Assembly: GCF_006345805.1 (NCBI RefSeq)
Contig: NC_043016.1
Location: 1,178,001 to 1,242,000, forward strand
DNA from: Octopus sinensis
Taxonomy: Eukaryota
DNA length: 64,000 nt
Reading direction: 5' to 3'
Both the position numbers and the translations under genes were made by a program. The notes under the pieces were generated by a model. It saw only the letters and a program-made list of their open reading frames with translations. It was not told the origin of the DNA and did not search any database. This document shows, in pieces, positions 11,238 to 25,017 of the stretch; positions within the stretch are counted from its first letter, which is position 1, and every line of letters starts with the position of its first letter.

Positions 11238-13868
11238 TCATATGTTGTGGTGTGTGCTAGTGCTCCATTCCAGTTTCCTATTCAGGCTAGGTTTATCTTC
11301 TATTATGTGTGTAGCTTCCGTAATTTGTCTGATTGTTGCGTCTGTTCTATGTGTGGACACGATTTTAACTTCTATGTTGTTGATTGAGCCCCCGTGTTCC
11401 TGCTCGTCGTGTTGGTATAGAACCGATGAGCTCTTTTCTTCCTTGAGTTGTCTCCAATGCTCATTTACCCGCTCTCCTATGCTCCGTGCCATTTCCTCTA
11501 CGTATGTCGTTGTCTTGCTACTGCATCGTCCCTCTATACATCTTATACTATAGACTACATTTCTGGCTTTACAGTTTGTTTGTGGGCTAAATCTACACAC
11601 AGTACAGTTCCTATCCGTACAGAGGGTTCTAGTAAAAGGGTAGGTTCTACCGATTATGGATTTGATAGGGTTGCCTGGCTTTTCAACAACCTTAATCCTT
11701 AGCTTAAGTTTGTCTAGGGTCCTTCTAAAGCGGTACGCCAGTTCACCTCTAGGGGTGGTGTCAACGAACATGACACTCTGGTATTTGTGGCTATCATACC
11801 AAGAGTTGGTATTCCCTATTTTCTTCCTTGTCCTTTCCATAGTGTTCCATGACTTGCTCCTATAGAGTGGGCAAATCCCATTCCTATCATTACATAAGAT
11901 AGCATCAAATTTCTTCATGGCTTCTTTGTATACTCTGATCCTTTCTTTATGGCTGTTACCTGAGAACTGCATGCGGTGAACGAAATGTTGTATGTGTCTC
12001 TTTAACTCCGTAGGCTCGCACATGCGGGACACATTTCGCATTATTCTGACGAGGTCTGCCATCAAAATATTGAATTTAGCATTGTCCGCGATGGCTGAGT
12101 TCCGGTAGATCAAGTATTTGGAGGCCATAGGTTTGGCATAGTACGAATGAAGGATTTGGTTTTTATTATTCACAGTTTCTAGCTAGAGTTCTGTGTTTAG
12201 TACTGGTAGTCTATGGTTAGGGTGTTTAGTAGGGTAGTCTATTGTGACCTTAATACTCTGGTGGATGGAGTTAGCTATTTGCTGGACGCTCTCCATAGTA
12301 TTAGTTTCTATTTCTATTTCAACATTACTCTCTTGCGGAGGTGCCTTTACCACTATGTTGATATCATCAACATAGCGAGAGTATATGTTCACGAGTATGG
12401 AGTTCTGTGTCAGGCGTTCCTTAAGCCTTCTGTCCCACCATACCATGAAAAGATTGGCCACATCACCGGTGATACTAACTCCGATGGATGCCCCCTCGTC
12501 CTGGGCATATATTTTGTTGTTAAACTTAAACGTGTGGCCTTTTAGGGTAACTCTTATACTAGCTCCTAGTGCATGTGCGATCATTTTCTTGACCTGATGG
12601 ACATTTGCGGGGGTCCGTATGGTTCTGGTCCATCCGCTCCATCTCTCTATATGGGTCTTCCTAGCCATAGAAGTAATTGTGGGTGGTCTACCTCTTAAAC
12701 GTCTACTGGGCCAGAAACTACTAAGATCATGTTTATCTAGGTATTCGTTGTCATATGTCAGTCTAAGTAGGAGGCCCAGTTCCTCTGTGTTGACATTGTG
12801 GAACTCCACCTTGCTCTCGTTGATCATTTCCACGCACTTCTGCACTGCAAAATCCACGTCGATCGATGGGTATAGGGATACCCACCATACATCCTGTTAG
12901 ATCGCAAGTGTTGTTACACTCATTGATCTTGCTGAGCTCTTCCGTGCTGTCACAAACATCAGGTGACATCCGGATTATAGGGCGTATGATCATTGAGAGG
13001 AATAGGAGATTCTGTAGTTGCTAGCGATATTCGCTCCACAGACTGGTCTTGTTGGTGGTTCTGCTATAGTGGTTACTTTATGGTCCTTGCGCAGTCCATA
13101 CAGTGCCGGGATATCGTTGTTCCTGGCTTGGAAATTGTTAGCTGTGCGTTTCTGGGGTCCCAGAACAATTGTCCACATCATCATGTGAGCGTTGAGGACC
13201 TTTTCTCTCTCCTCATGCGCCTGTAAAGTTGTTATTTTCGTATTGGCAATATGAGGTTGCATTGTCTGGATGTAGTTCGGTAAGCTGTTTATTGACATCC
13301 TGCCGGACTTATCTGTGGGAAGGCATACCACCTCTCCGTTCCTCGTGCGCTGAATGAGCTTACATAGGCCACATGCGGGTTTAATCCCGAGTTGTTGGGC
13401 CACTGTCTTACGCTGTCTCTGTCTCTTAGAGTATAGTTCTAAGATCTGTCTAAGTCTGGTCCTAGCTATAGTGAACTGTGCTTCCAAATGGTCATTAGTA
13501 TGTGTTGGGATGTAGACCCTTTTGTTGAAGGGTAATGTTGTCGGATAAATCTGGCTCACGTTGTAAGATTTGTCACATATGTTGAAGAATTGAGTGTCAA
13601 AGGGGTGGGTATACATGTTAATGGCCCTTCTAGGGTTATCTTCTTCATTATCGTTACTACTATTTCTGTCGTTACTGTTTCCATCATCAACCCCACTGTT
13701 ATTATTACCACTATTGCCACTATTACCACTATCATTACCACCACTACTACTATTATTACTATCACCATCACAACTATTACTACTACCATCATTACTACTT
13801 CTACTGTTACCACCACCACCACCACTTCCACCACCACTACCACCACCACCACCACCACCACCACCACC

Positions 13869-13947
<79 letters not shown>

Positions 13948-15277
13948 TTATTGCTATTACTGTTATTCCTACCATTGCCATTATTGCTATCATTCTGATT
14001 ATCGCTAGTGATATTCTCATTGTTCCTGTTTCTGGTGTATGTGTTGTTCGTATTAGTGTTGGTTCTTATGTCTGTCTCTTGGTCCCTGCCATTCCCTCTC
14101 TTGTGGTTGTTATTTTTGTTCCTACCAGTAGTGTTTTCTATTTCAAGTCTACTGACTCCCTGTCCAAGAATTCTGTTGCATTCAACTTTATTCTCCATCG
14201 TGACCCCCAATGACACAACTTTATTCGTGTCCTTGTGACTATGGTTATCTGTGTGTGGTTTGTGTGTCCGTTCCCCCTATAATTGTTGTTGTTGCGGGGG
14301 CTGTTGTTGCTGTTGTATACGAATTTTTCTCTGTTTATGTATTTGTATTTGTATCTGTTGCTTGTGTTCATGCATTCATTTTTGCTGTTGTTGTTGCCGC
14401 TGTTAGGGTTGTGGCTGTTCGTGTTGTTTTTGTTGCTACGGTTGTTGTTGCTGCGGTCATTATTGTTTGTGTTGTTGTTGCTGCGGTTATTGTTGTTCGT
14501 ATTGTTGTGTTGTCACTCGTGTTGTTGTCGTTGTTCTTATTTAAATTCCAACGTATTTATGTGAACTACTTTTCAATCTCGGACAGGCATTTGATGGTAT
14601 TCACCTTATTATATATCGCATATTTTGGTGGTAGTTGAAGTATCGATATTTCGTCTGGGTCCGTTGTTATTCTCCCATAGATGTTCGCTTCATTGTCTTC
14701 ATTGAACTCTTCTGGTAGTAGGACATCTTCCATAATAATTCCATTTATTGTATCAGGATACTTGTTTTTCTTCTTTTGCGAGCTGATGTTTATGATGTTT
14801 ATGTTTCAACCACGACAACTTCCTCTTAAAATGGATATTGCATTGGTGTATTACGTGTCTGCTTTCTGCATATATTATATCCATAACTGTGGTTTTCTCT
14901 TTTCGTGTGGTGATGTTTTTAACTTCTTTTAAAAATAAACGTTTACGCTTCTCTTGTTCGCTCAGCTCTCTGTATATTTTATTTCTAATATTTACCATTA
15001 GCGTCCTTTTTAGTCTTTCAGCCTGTCCTTTGGTGAGATCAAGCCGTTTAACGTTGGCTGTGACCTTGTTGATACATATTCTGGACGAGACACATTGTTT
15101 TATAAAATGAAGCTGTTGAGTTGTCGCGGTTTTCCGTAGGTAACAGAATACAGTGTCCTTCAACTTCTTGCTAGACTGGCTATGGCTCACGTTGTTACGT
15201 TTATATATTTGTTGTGCAAGATTTTTGATGTGAAATCGTGTGTTCAAACAGATATTGTTGTTTTTCGGAATGGTCAT
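11238..15277 (-). pseudogene. PLE RT + GIY-YIG polyprotein, ~4 kb, disrupted
   Basis: IPALYGLRKDHK, SLYPSIDV, QDEGASIGVSITGDVANLFM, YSRYVDDI, YAKPMASK; CTDRNCTVC..NCKARNVVYSIRC..YVEEMARS. Lesions: frameshifts, a TAG at 12183, apparent deletion of the motif-A Asp. Confidence 0.9.
13640..13990. repeat. In-frame trinucleotide repeats (AGT/GGT/AAT) inside the PLE ORF
   Basis: Encodes poly-S, poly-G and N-rich tracts within ORF 12990-14216. Confidence 0.85.
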
Positions 15278-15373
15278 TTTGCTAGTTTTGCCAATAAAAA
15301 CACACGCACTATATATTTGGTGTTACTTTGCGTCAGTGTTATTTATTTTTTACATTAATCTTAATCTTATTTC

Positions 15374-15418
15374 GGTCAGAGTTCTTTCGTCACACTGCTG
15401 TGACCGCATCAGTGGTCC
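15374..15418 (-). ncRNA. Hammerhead-like motif with atypical core (also 10417-10461 -, ~45462-45512 -, 45639-45682 +)
   Basis: Consensus GGACCA-CUGAUGCG-GUCAC(AGGAGU)GUGAC-GAAA-GAAC-UC|UGGCC. Confidence 0.45.
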
Positions 15419-15690
15419 TTTATTTTCTCCTTCTTATTTGTGTGTCTCTCCTTACTAACCGTCAGCCATTTTGTATTTCTATTGTATGTGTCTTCATTTG
15501 CGCATGCTTATATCTCTATGTGCGTCTATGTTTATTTAGTGTGTGTGTGTGGGGATGCCTGTAATATTTGTATCTTCTGTTTATATACGTTCGTGTAATT
15601 TGCTTTTGTTTTTGTTTATTCTTATTTTGTTCATGTGTTACATCCACTTATTATTATTATTATTATATTATTATTATTATATTATTATTG

Positions 15691-15729
<39 letters not shown>

Positions 15730-16959
15730 TATTATTATTATTATTATTTATTATTATTATTATCATTATTATTATTATTACGTATGCTTGTATGTATCTA
15801 TGTATGTATAACAACAATACTAGTAGTAATAATAATAATAATGATAATAATAATAATAACAATTTAAAAAATTTTAAATTCTAAAAATTTTTTTAATTTA
15901 TAAAAAACAATATATAACAGAAGAGGATCTCCATAAACTAGTTACAATATAAATAAAACTGAAAACATAATAAAATAAAATACACAGATAAATAAACAAA
16001 TGGAAGTAAATAACTATATACATTTAAAAAAAAATTATTTAATTAAAAAAAAAAATTAATTTACATTTTTTATTATTATTATCATTATTACTAGTATTGT
16101 TGTTATACATACATACATACAAGCATACGTAATAATAATAATAATGATGATAATAATAATAATAAGTGCATGTAAACACATGAACAACATAAGAATAAAC
16201 AAAAACAAATACAAATTACACGAACGAATATAAACAGAAAATACAAATATTACAGGCACACAGAGACACTAACTAAACATAGACGCACATAGAGATATAC
16301 GCATGCGCAAATGAAGATACATACAATAGAAATACAAAATGGCTGACGGTTAGTAAAGAGAGACACAAATAAGAAAGAAGAAACCAAAGGACCACTGTAC
16401 GTGATGTCAAAAAACTAATTGAAATCAGCATTAAAAACTACACTTATTACACCTTGACATATGCTTGATGACAAATACTTGTTGACCTGTGGTATATGCA
16501 AATGTGCGACGTGACTGTCTGTTATGGAGCTTGCTTCTCAATCACATGGCTCCAGGATTAGTGTCACTGTGTGGCACCCTGAGCATGTGTCTTCCACTAT
16601 AGCCTCGCGCGGCTTGCTAATGATTCTGCCAGCTCGCCACCTTACACACCACTACTTGACAACAGGTAGTGGTGTGTTTACGTCCCTGTAATTCGTGGTT
16701 CGGCAAAAGAAGCCGATAAGTACCAGCTTTAAAATACAAGCTCTGCGGTCGATTCATTAATCCAGCTTGGCCGCGGTCTAGTGACTGAAATGTATAAAAG
16801 ATATATATGCTTATATTCTTTTCTCCATTTTTTAAAATCATTTCATTATATGTAAACCCTCACACTTTATTTCGTTGTATTGTCCCACTCATATTTCGCG
16901 CTACACTAGGCACATGAATCCCAAACACATGCACATGCAACGGCGATTGCATATTAACA

Positions 16960-17365
16960 TAAACCACGAATGATCTTGCAAGTGGGACCCAGTTAGAATT
17001 TTCTTCATGTCGAGTAACCCATCCCGCTCAAAAAGTCTCTGAATAAGGGTTGTTTAAGGATGTTGAACGAAACACCTATGTTCCCAGAGGTGAATTATCG
17101 AAACCCCAAAGAATTCCTCTCAACATATTGCTATGATGCTCCCCCACTACTTCTGCTCGTGATCACAGATGCACATATCGTCAGCCACTAAGGGACATGC
17201 TCAACTGGTTATGGTCAAACAACTGACAAGTAAATCTGTGATAATGAGCAGAATTTTGCTGTAGCCCGTCTTTTTATACCAAGACGAAACAATGTACATG
17301 ATAACATTTCCAATCAGTTAAGATCAGAAGCCATGAGAGCCACTGCCTGGTACTACATCAGGGTA
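16960..17365. mobile_element. Unclassified interspersed repeat abutting an ATT/CTT/CCT/CAT tract
   Basis: Recalled as a common octopus repeat; no ORF; no second copy in the window. Confidence 0.4.
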
Positions 17366-17451
17366 TTATTATTCTTCTTCCTCCTCCTCCTCCTCCTCCT
17401 CCTCCTCCTCCCCCTCCTCCTCCTCCTCATCATCATCATCATCATCATTCT

Positions 17452-18763
17452 GTAGTTTTATTTTTATAGCGTGCTTTCACTTCACTACCGAGCGCAGCTC
17501 TGTGTGCCTTGGGTACGTGCTGCGATTTGTAGTGATGTTCTGATGGTTACTGTATTGAAATTGTTCTGCGTAGGATGTGTGCAGTGTCTAGTAGTGCAAT
17601 TTTCTGTATGTTATATGTGTTTGTAAGTCCTGGTGTTTTTGTTATGTATTTGTCTGAATATTTTTTTATCATGCCTAATGCACATACTATGATAGGAATT
17701 GCTTCTGTTTTTAGATTCCACATTCTAGTTACCTCTATTTCCAGGTCTTTGTATTTTGAAAGTTTCTCCATTTCTTTTAGAGACACATTGTCATCTACTG
17801 GTATTGATACATCAATTAGAAAGCATCTTTGTTCTTCATGATATCTGAGAGCTATATCTAGTCTGTTGGCCTTAATTTCTCTATCTGTGTGTATTGACAT
17901 ATCCCAGAGTATGGTTGCTTTCTCGTTTTCTGTTACCTTTTCTGGTGTGTGCCTATACCATCTTTTTCTGTTGTTATTCCATAATGTTGGCATAGCTTCC
18001 AGTGTATGTAGGTCCCAACTCTGTCGTGTCTTAGAATATATTCCTTCTTAGCGAGGACTGGGCAGCCAGAGATAATATGATTTATTGTTTCTTGTCCATC
18101 TCCACATATTCTGCAGTTACTTGTTATATTTCTTTTCATTACATGTTTTTGGTAATTTCTGGTCGGGAGACTCGTGCTGCAATTAAAAATCCCCCTGTCT
18201 CTGCTTTGAGTCCTGAGCTTCTCAACCATTACTGGGACTTTTCTTCGTCTATTTTTTTGCATTTAGTTTAGTCCAGTATTTGCCATGAAGGGGCTATTTT
18301 TGCCATCGTTTTATCATGGACCGTCGCTGTTCAAGTTTTAGTTTTGATTTCATTTGTTTTATAGTTTTTGTTGTTTCGTCTTCTTCTTCATATTTGTTAG
18401 ATAGTATCAATTCTTGTTTGTATTTGTCAGCTTCCTTAAATACTGAGAACAGTTTTTTGTTTTGTTCGTGTTTTGCCGGTATTTGTATCAGTTTTCCTTG
18501 CTTCTAAAGTAGATATTTTTGCAGTCCTATGATGGTTATTTTATAATAGTTTTCCAGCTGTATAAGGCCTCTACCACCTTCTATACGTTGTATATATAGC
18601 CTTTCTATGTCAGATTTTGTGTGATGCATCCTAGATCCTGTCATTATTTTTCTTATTTCCCATCTATTTTGGTCAGTTCATTTAGTGTCCAGTTAAGAAT
18701 ATTGTAGCTGTAACTTATAACTGGGACGGCTAAAGTGTTAATACCTATTATCTTGTTTTTAGC
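17452..18763 (-). mobile_element. R4/Dong LINE copy A, 5'-truncated
   Basis: CRICGDGQETINHIISGC..YILRHD; ILWDMSIHTDREIKANRLD..LIDVSIP..EKLSKYKDL (REL endonuclease). Confidence 0.9.
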
Positions 18764-18805
18764 ATTATTATTATTATTATTATTATCATTATTATTATTA
18801 TTATT

Positions 18806-18858
<53 letters not shown>

Positions 18859-18865
18859 TATTATT

Positions 18866-21800
18866 AGTAGTTTTATTTTTATAGCGTGCTTTCACTTCAC
18901 TACCGAGCGCAGCTCTGTGTGCCTTGGGTATGTGCTGTGATTTGTTGTGATGCTCTGATGGTTATTGTATGGAAAGTGTTCTGCGTAGGATGTGTGCAGT
19001 GCAGTGTCTTCTGTATGTTATATGTGTTTGTAAGTCCTGGTGTTTTTGTTATGTATTTGTCTGAATATTTTTTTATCATGCCTAATGCACCTACTATGAT
19101 AGGAATTGTTTCTGTTTTCAGGTTCCACATTCTAGTTACCTCTATTTCCAGGTCTTTGTATTTTGAGAGTTTTTCCATTTCTTTTAGAGACACGTTGTCA
19201 TCTGCCGGTATTGATACATCAATTAGAAAGTATTTTTTTTCTTCATGATCTCTGACAACTATATCTGGTCTGTTGGCCTTAATTTCTCTATCTGTGTGTA
19301 TCGGCATATCCCAGAGTATGTTTGCTTTCTCGTTTTCTGTGACCTTTTCTGGTGTGTGCCTATACCATCTTTTTTCTGTTGTTATTCCATAATGTTGGCA
19401 TAGCTTCCAATGTATGTAGGTTCCAACTCTGTCACGTCTGTGAATATATTCTTCTTAGCCAGGACTGGGCAGCTAGAGATAATATGATTTATTGTTTCTT
19501 GTCCATCTCCACATATTCTGCAGTTACTTGTAATATTTCTTTTCATTACATGTTTTTGGTAATTTCTGGTGGGGAGGCTTTGGTCTTGTGCTGCAATTAA
19601 AAATCCCTCTGTTTCTGCTTTGAGTCCTGAGCTTCTCGACCATTGCTGGGATTTTTCTTTGTCTATTCTTTTGCGTTTAGTTTAGTGCAGTATTTACCAT
19701 GAAGGGGCTTTTCTTGCCATCGTTTTATCATGGCTCGTTGCTGTTCTATTTTTAGTTTGGATTTCATTTGTTTTATAGCTTTTGTTGTTTCTTCATCATC
19801 TTCTTCTTCTTCTTTGTGTTTATTAGGTGGTATGATTTCTTGTTTGTATTTGTCAGCTTCCTTAAATACTGAGAACAGTTTTTTGTTTTGCTCGTGTTTT
19901 GCTGCTATCTGGATCAGTTTTCCTTCCTTCTGAAGTAGGTATTTTTGCAGTCCTATGGTGGTTATTTTAGTAGTTTTCCAGCTGTATAAGGCCTCTACCA
20001 CCTTCTATACGTTGTATATATAGTCTTTCTATGTCAGATTTTGGGTGATGCATCCTAGATCCTGTCAGTATTTTTCTTGTTTTCATATCTATTTTGGACA
20101 GTTCATTTCGTGTCCAGTTAAGGATATTGTAGCTGTAACTTATAACTGGGACAGCTAAAGTGTTGATACCTATTATCTTGTTTTAGCATTGAGCTCTGTT
20201 TTTAGTATTGATCTAACTCGTCTATAATATTCTTTTTTTATTTTCTCATTTGTGTGTGTTGTGTCTTATCTAGTTCATGGATTCCTAAGTATTTGTAAGT
20301 TTGGCTTTGGTCTAATTCTTTTATTTCATTGGTTTTATCTAGTGTGATGTTGTTACTCTTAACTAGTTTTCCTCTTTTCATGGTTACTTTGGCGCATTTT
20401 TCTAATCCAAATTTCATATCTATTTCTTTGGTAAATCCATGAACTGTCTTTAATAGTGTTTCCAGCTGTTTGTCATTTGCAGCGTATAGTTTTAGGTCAT
20501 CCATATATAAAAGGTGGAAGATCGTTTTGCCGTAACATTTATATCCGCATCCAGTTCTATTTAGCATATCAGATAGAGGTGACAGTGCCAAGCAGAAAAG
20601 GAGTGGAGAGAGCGTGTCTCCCTGGAGTATTCCTCTTCTAATGGGGATGTCTTTGGTTTTCATGAGTCCCTCTTTTGTTTGGAGGTGTACGACTGTTTGC
20701 CATTTATTCATAGAGTGCTCTATGAATTTTATGATTGTTGGTGCTACTTTGTTAATGACTAGTGTTTCGAGGATCCATGTGTGGGGGATGCTATCAAACG
20801 CCTTTTTGTAGTCAATCCAGGCCATACTGAGGCCTTTCTTCTTTCTGTGGCTGTCTTCAGTTACGGCTTTATTAATCATTAGTTGATCTTTACAGCCATA
20901 TGAGCCTTTGCGGCATCCTTTCTGCTCTTCTGGGAACAGTTTGTCTTCGTCTAGGTGCTTGTTCAGCCTTTGCGATATCACTGCAGTAAATGCCTTGAAC
21001 ATAGTAGGGAGGCAGGTTATTGGTCTGTAGTTTTCTGGTTTTGTTGTTTCATTTGATTTGGGAATTAAGATGGTTTTCCCCTTCGTGAGCCATTCAGGCA
21101 TTGTCTCTGGCTCTGCTAGTATGCTGTTAAAGTTTTCAGCCAGCTTTTTGTGCATTCCTGTTAGATATTTCAACCAGAAGTTGGGGATCTTGTCATGCCC
21201 AGGTGCCTTCCAGTTGCTTAGTTTTGCAGTGCCTGGGTGACCTCTTCAGTTGTTATGGGGGTCCAAAGTTGTTCAGATGCCGAGTTTGTTATTTTGGTAC
21301 TCCTTTTTTTCGGCTGTTCGTTCGCCGACCATATTTCTCTCCAGAATTCTTCCAATTCTTCTGCCGTTGGTGCTGCAGTGACTTCTATTTTATTTTTTCA
21401 CAGTTCTTGGTAGAACTTTTTGGGGTTGGCGTTGAACTTTTTGTTCTGTTCAAAGAAGCGTTGGCGTTTCTCGTACCGGCGGATCCTTTGAGCTTTGGCA
21501 AGGATATCTTGCTTCAGCTTTTCTTTTATCTCCGGCAAATCTTTTTCTGTGATGTTATATTTGCGGAGCATTTTTGTTCTCTTTTTGTTGCTCAGTAGCG
21601 TTGCTTGTTTGCTGATTTCATTAAGAATCGACAGGTCTTTTCTAATTTTTTTTATTTTGTTTTGGATGTTATTTATCCACAGGGTTTGTTTGGGTGGTGG
21701 TACTCCTGTTTGGGCGGGTTTGGGTGAGTATCCAGCTTCTTTTGTGGCTGCAGTGGCTGCTGCGTATATCAAGTCATTTAGTTCAGTGATATCACTTTTT

Positions 21801-22851
21801 TTTGTTTCAGTGGCTCTTTCAGTGACGGCTAGGTTTATGTTGTTTATAATTGGTGTTGTTATTGCGTTTATTTTTATTCTTGGGAGGTATGGTCGGTGGT
21901 CCATTTTGAGCTCTGTGGTTTTCAGTTGTTTGATTATTTTATTTTTTATATTATCATAATCATTAGGCTCCCCTTCGTTGTTTACATCGTGTTTGTTGGG
22001 AATGTTGCGTTTGTCTTCGTGTTTTACAGTTTCAGTGTTTATATTATTGGGCATTGTTGTGTGGCTTCTATCTACATTTTCCTGGTGTATTTTTTCTTTT
22101 AAATGTTCTATTTCTATTTCTGATATTTTTTTGGCTTTGAGAATGTATCTTCGTACGTTAGCTAATTTATTAGGGTTCATTGCTGTATCCAAGTCTATAT
22201 CTCTATTATTTTCCTTCCATATTTTATATGTATGTGTTGTTGTATTTTCATTTTTTGGGTAGAGCATTGCTGTGAAGTATACGTGTAAGATAGAAATGTA
22301 TTCCTCACGTGTCCATTTACGTCTTTTGGTTTTATTTGCGGGACATGAGGTACAACGTCCGGCCCATTATTTTGACGGTCGTCATTTTCGTAGGGTACCG
22401 GTCCGTTTATTTCTGTTGTCACATTATTTCGCACGTGTAGTTTTTCGTACATTTTTTGTTGTAAGTTTAATGTACGTACCGCTCGATTGTTATTCTTGGG
22501 TTGAATAGTATCGGTGGCATTTAATTTCTTCGTAGTTCCTTTGTACATGGTGTTTGAGGTCGGGGATGATCGTGTTGTTCCATGCATGTTTACATGTGTT
22601 GTGTTAGAGGTGGAGATATATCGAGTCAAAATACATCATTTCGTTTCGAAAATAGTAATAAATTTCAATTAGTATTACTTACTCGGATATAGTCCAAATC
22701 TTTGTTAGTAAATCTTTGGCTCCATAGGGTGTCCTTGTTTTCGATGTTTGTGGATAGATTTCGGAGCTCTGTATTTTCCTTCTTACATCTTAAACGTCCC
22801 CCGGTGTTCTCCTTAAACGTCCCCCGGTGTTCTCCCTTAAACGTCCCCCGG

Positions 22852-22855
<4 letters not shown>
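18866..22855 (-). mobile_element. R4/Dong LINE copy B, near full length (~4 kb), frameshifted
   Basis: RT: NYRPITCLPT, WIDYKKAFDSIPH, RGILQGDTLSPLLF, LLYMDDLKLY, YKYLGI; C-terminal REL; (TAA)n on both sides. Confidence 0.95.
22789..22855. repeat. Three copies of a 20-bp motif at the 5' end of Dong B
   Basis: CTTAAACGTCCCCCGGTGTT at 22789, 22812 and 22836, with 3-4 nt spacers. Confidence 0.95.
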
Positions 22856-22925
<70 letters not shown>

Positions 22926-22926
<1 letters not shown>

Positions 22927-24659
22927 CTATGTTTGACTTTTGCTTTATATTTGTACAAGTTGGCTCCAAGTCTCACCCAGAGACCTCAAGAGACAACAGG
23001 GTTGGAAGTTCATGCTGTTGTTATGCCTAGTGTGCCATATATTTGGGGGGTGGGGTTGTTGTATTAATGAATGTCTAAAAAAAATTTTTTTTTTTTTTTT
23101 TAAACCGAAAATTATGTTTGTTTTAAACCTTGAGATTACATAGAAAGTATTTTGCGTAGGATATGAGCAGTTCCCATGAGCACTATCTTTTGAATTTCTG
23201 CCATTTTTGGGTTTCCTGGTATCTGAGTTAGGTAGCTATCAGCCCCTTTTGCTATCATTCCCAGGGCACCTATGACAACAGGTATTGTTTTAGTCTTCAG
23301 GTTCCACATTTTGCTGATTTCTATTTCAAGATCTTTATATTTGCTCAGTTTTTGGTAGGTCTTGACAGATACGTTTATATCGATTGGGACAGTCATATCA
23401 ATGAGGAGGCATGTTCTTTGTTTGAAGTCTTTCAATATGATGTCTGGCCTATTTGCATCTATCTTTCTGTCAGTTTGAATGGTGAAGTTCCAGAGGAGTG
23501 AGATGTGGTCATTTTCAAGCACTGGGGGTGGTTTGTGTTCCCACCAGTTTTTTTCATGGGGCAAATCCAGGTTTTTACAGATTACCCAGTGAATATATTG
23601 TGCAGCTCTATCGTGCCTGTTGAGATACTCTGTAGGCGCTAGAAGACTGCACTTGGAGACAACATGGTCAATGTTTCATTTTGTTGCTTGCATACACGAC
23701 ACGTTGGACTGCTTCTGATCTTTAATATGTTGGCCTGGTAGTTTCTTGTTGGTAGGCATTGATCTTGAGCTGCTATGATAAACCCCTCTGTTTCAGATTT
23801 TAAGCCAGAGGCCATTAGCCATTGATGGGTCAGGGCTTTGTCAACATCTGCATTATTTGCTCTCTTTGGGTATTTGCCATAGAGAGGTTGTTCTTGCCAT
23901 TTATCATTCAGAATATCTAAGGCCGCAGATTTAGCACGGGTTTTCATGCGCTTAGCTTTTTCTGTGCCTGTTTCTTGTATGTCTATCTCTAATTCCGAAA
24001 TTTGTTGTATTCGGAATTCACTTAGATATTCCTTTGCCTGTTTTGTTACTGAGTATGATGCTTTCTTGTTTTCATGTTTTGAGACAAGTTTTAACATCCA
24101 GTCCTCAGAGTTTTTCAGGTAGGTGTCTAGGCCAATTGTAGCAATCTTCATTGTTATTGCCAGTTGTAAAAGTCCACGGCCTCCCTCTTTTCTTGGCAGA
24201 TAAAGTCGTTCTGTATCTGCCTTAGGGTGGTGCATTCTATGCATTGTCAACAGTTTTCGTATTTTTCTGTCAAGATTACATATTTCAGTAATTGACCAGT
24301 TAACGATATTGAAACTGTAAGTCACGACTGGTATGGCTAATGCATTGATCGCTTCGATCCTGTTTCTCGCATTCAGCTCTGTCTTGAGTATTGCTCTTAC
24401 TCTGCGATGGCATTCTCTCCTGATCCTTTCCTTCATCTCTGAATGCCTTATTCCTTCTCCTTCAATTACCCCTAGATATTTGTAGTTCTCTGCTGGGTCT
24501 AATTCTTTTATGACATTCTGCTGGTCAAGGTTAACGTTAGATGTTTCTGTCATTTTTCCTTTGATAAAGGTAGCTTTTGCGCATTTATCGAGGCCAAATT
24601 GCATTCTGATGTCATCACTGAATTGTTTGACAATCGCTAGTAAGCCCTTGAGTTGTTGG

Positions 24660-24660
<1 letters not shown>
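22926..24660 (-). mobile_element. R4/Dong LINE copy C (different subfamily), 5'-truncated
   Basis: MQFGLDKCAK..YKYLGV, CRVC..ET, LLWNFTIQTDRKIDANRPD..IQKIVLMGTAHILRKIL; (TAA)n tail. Confidence 0.92.
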
Positions 24661-24700
<40 letters not shown>

Positions 24701-24718
24701 TTATTATTATTATTATTA

Positions 24719-24767
<49 letters not shown>

Positions 24768-24812
24768 TTATTATTATTATTATATTATATTATTATTATT
24801 ATTATTATTATT

Positions 24813-24879
<67 letters not shown>

Positions 24880-24967
24880 TATTATTATTAATATTATTAT
24901 CATTATTATTATTATTATTATGATTATTATTATTATGTTTTTCCCATTATTATTATTATTATTATTA

Positions 24968-25003
<36 letters not shown>

Positions 25004-25017
25004 GATTATTATTATTA

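Larger units (their letters stand above)
10311..16400 (-). mobile_element. Penelope-like retroelement (C-terminal GIY-YIG), with direct pLTRs and a 5' inverted pLTR
   Basis: pLTR 10311-11237 matches 15268-15870; inverted pLTR pieces at 15905-16400; coding region between them. Confidence 0.88.

Noticed and set aside
11238-15277. Selenocysteine-recoding Naiad-type PLE
   Set aside because: GIY-YIG is C-terminal, and the interruptions are frameshifts and a TAG rather than in-frame TGA at Cys positions.
22789-22855. CRISPR-like repeat array
   Set aside because: Spacers are only 3-4 nt, no cas genes, eukaryotic context; it is the 5' end of a LINE.
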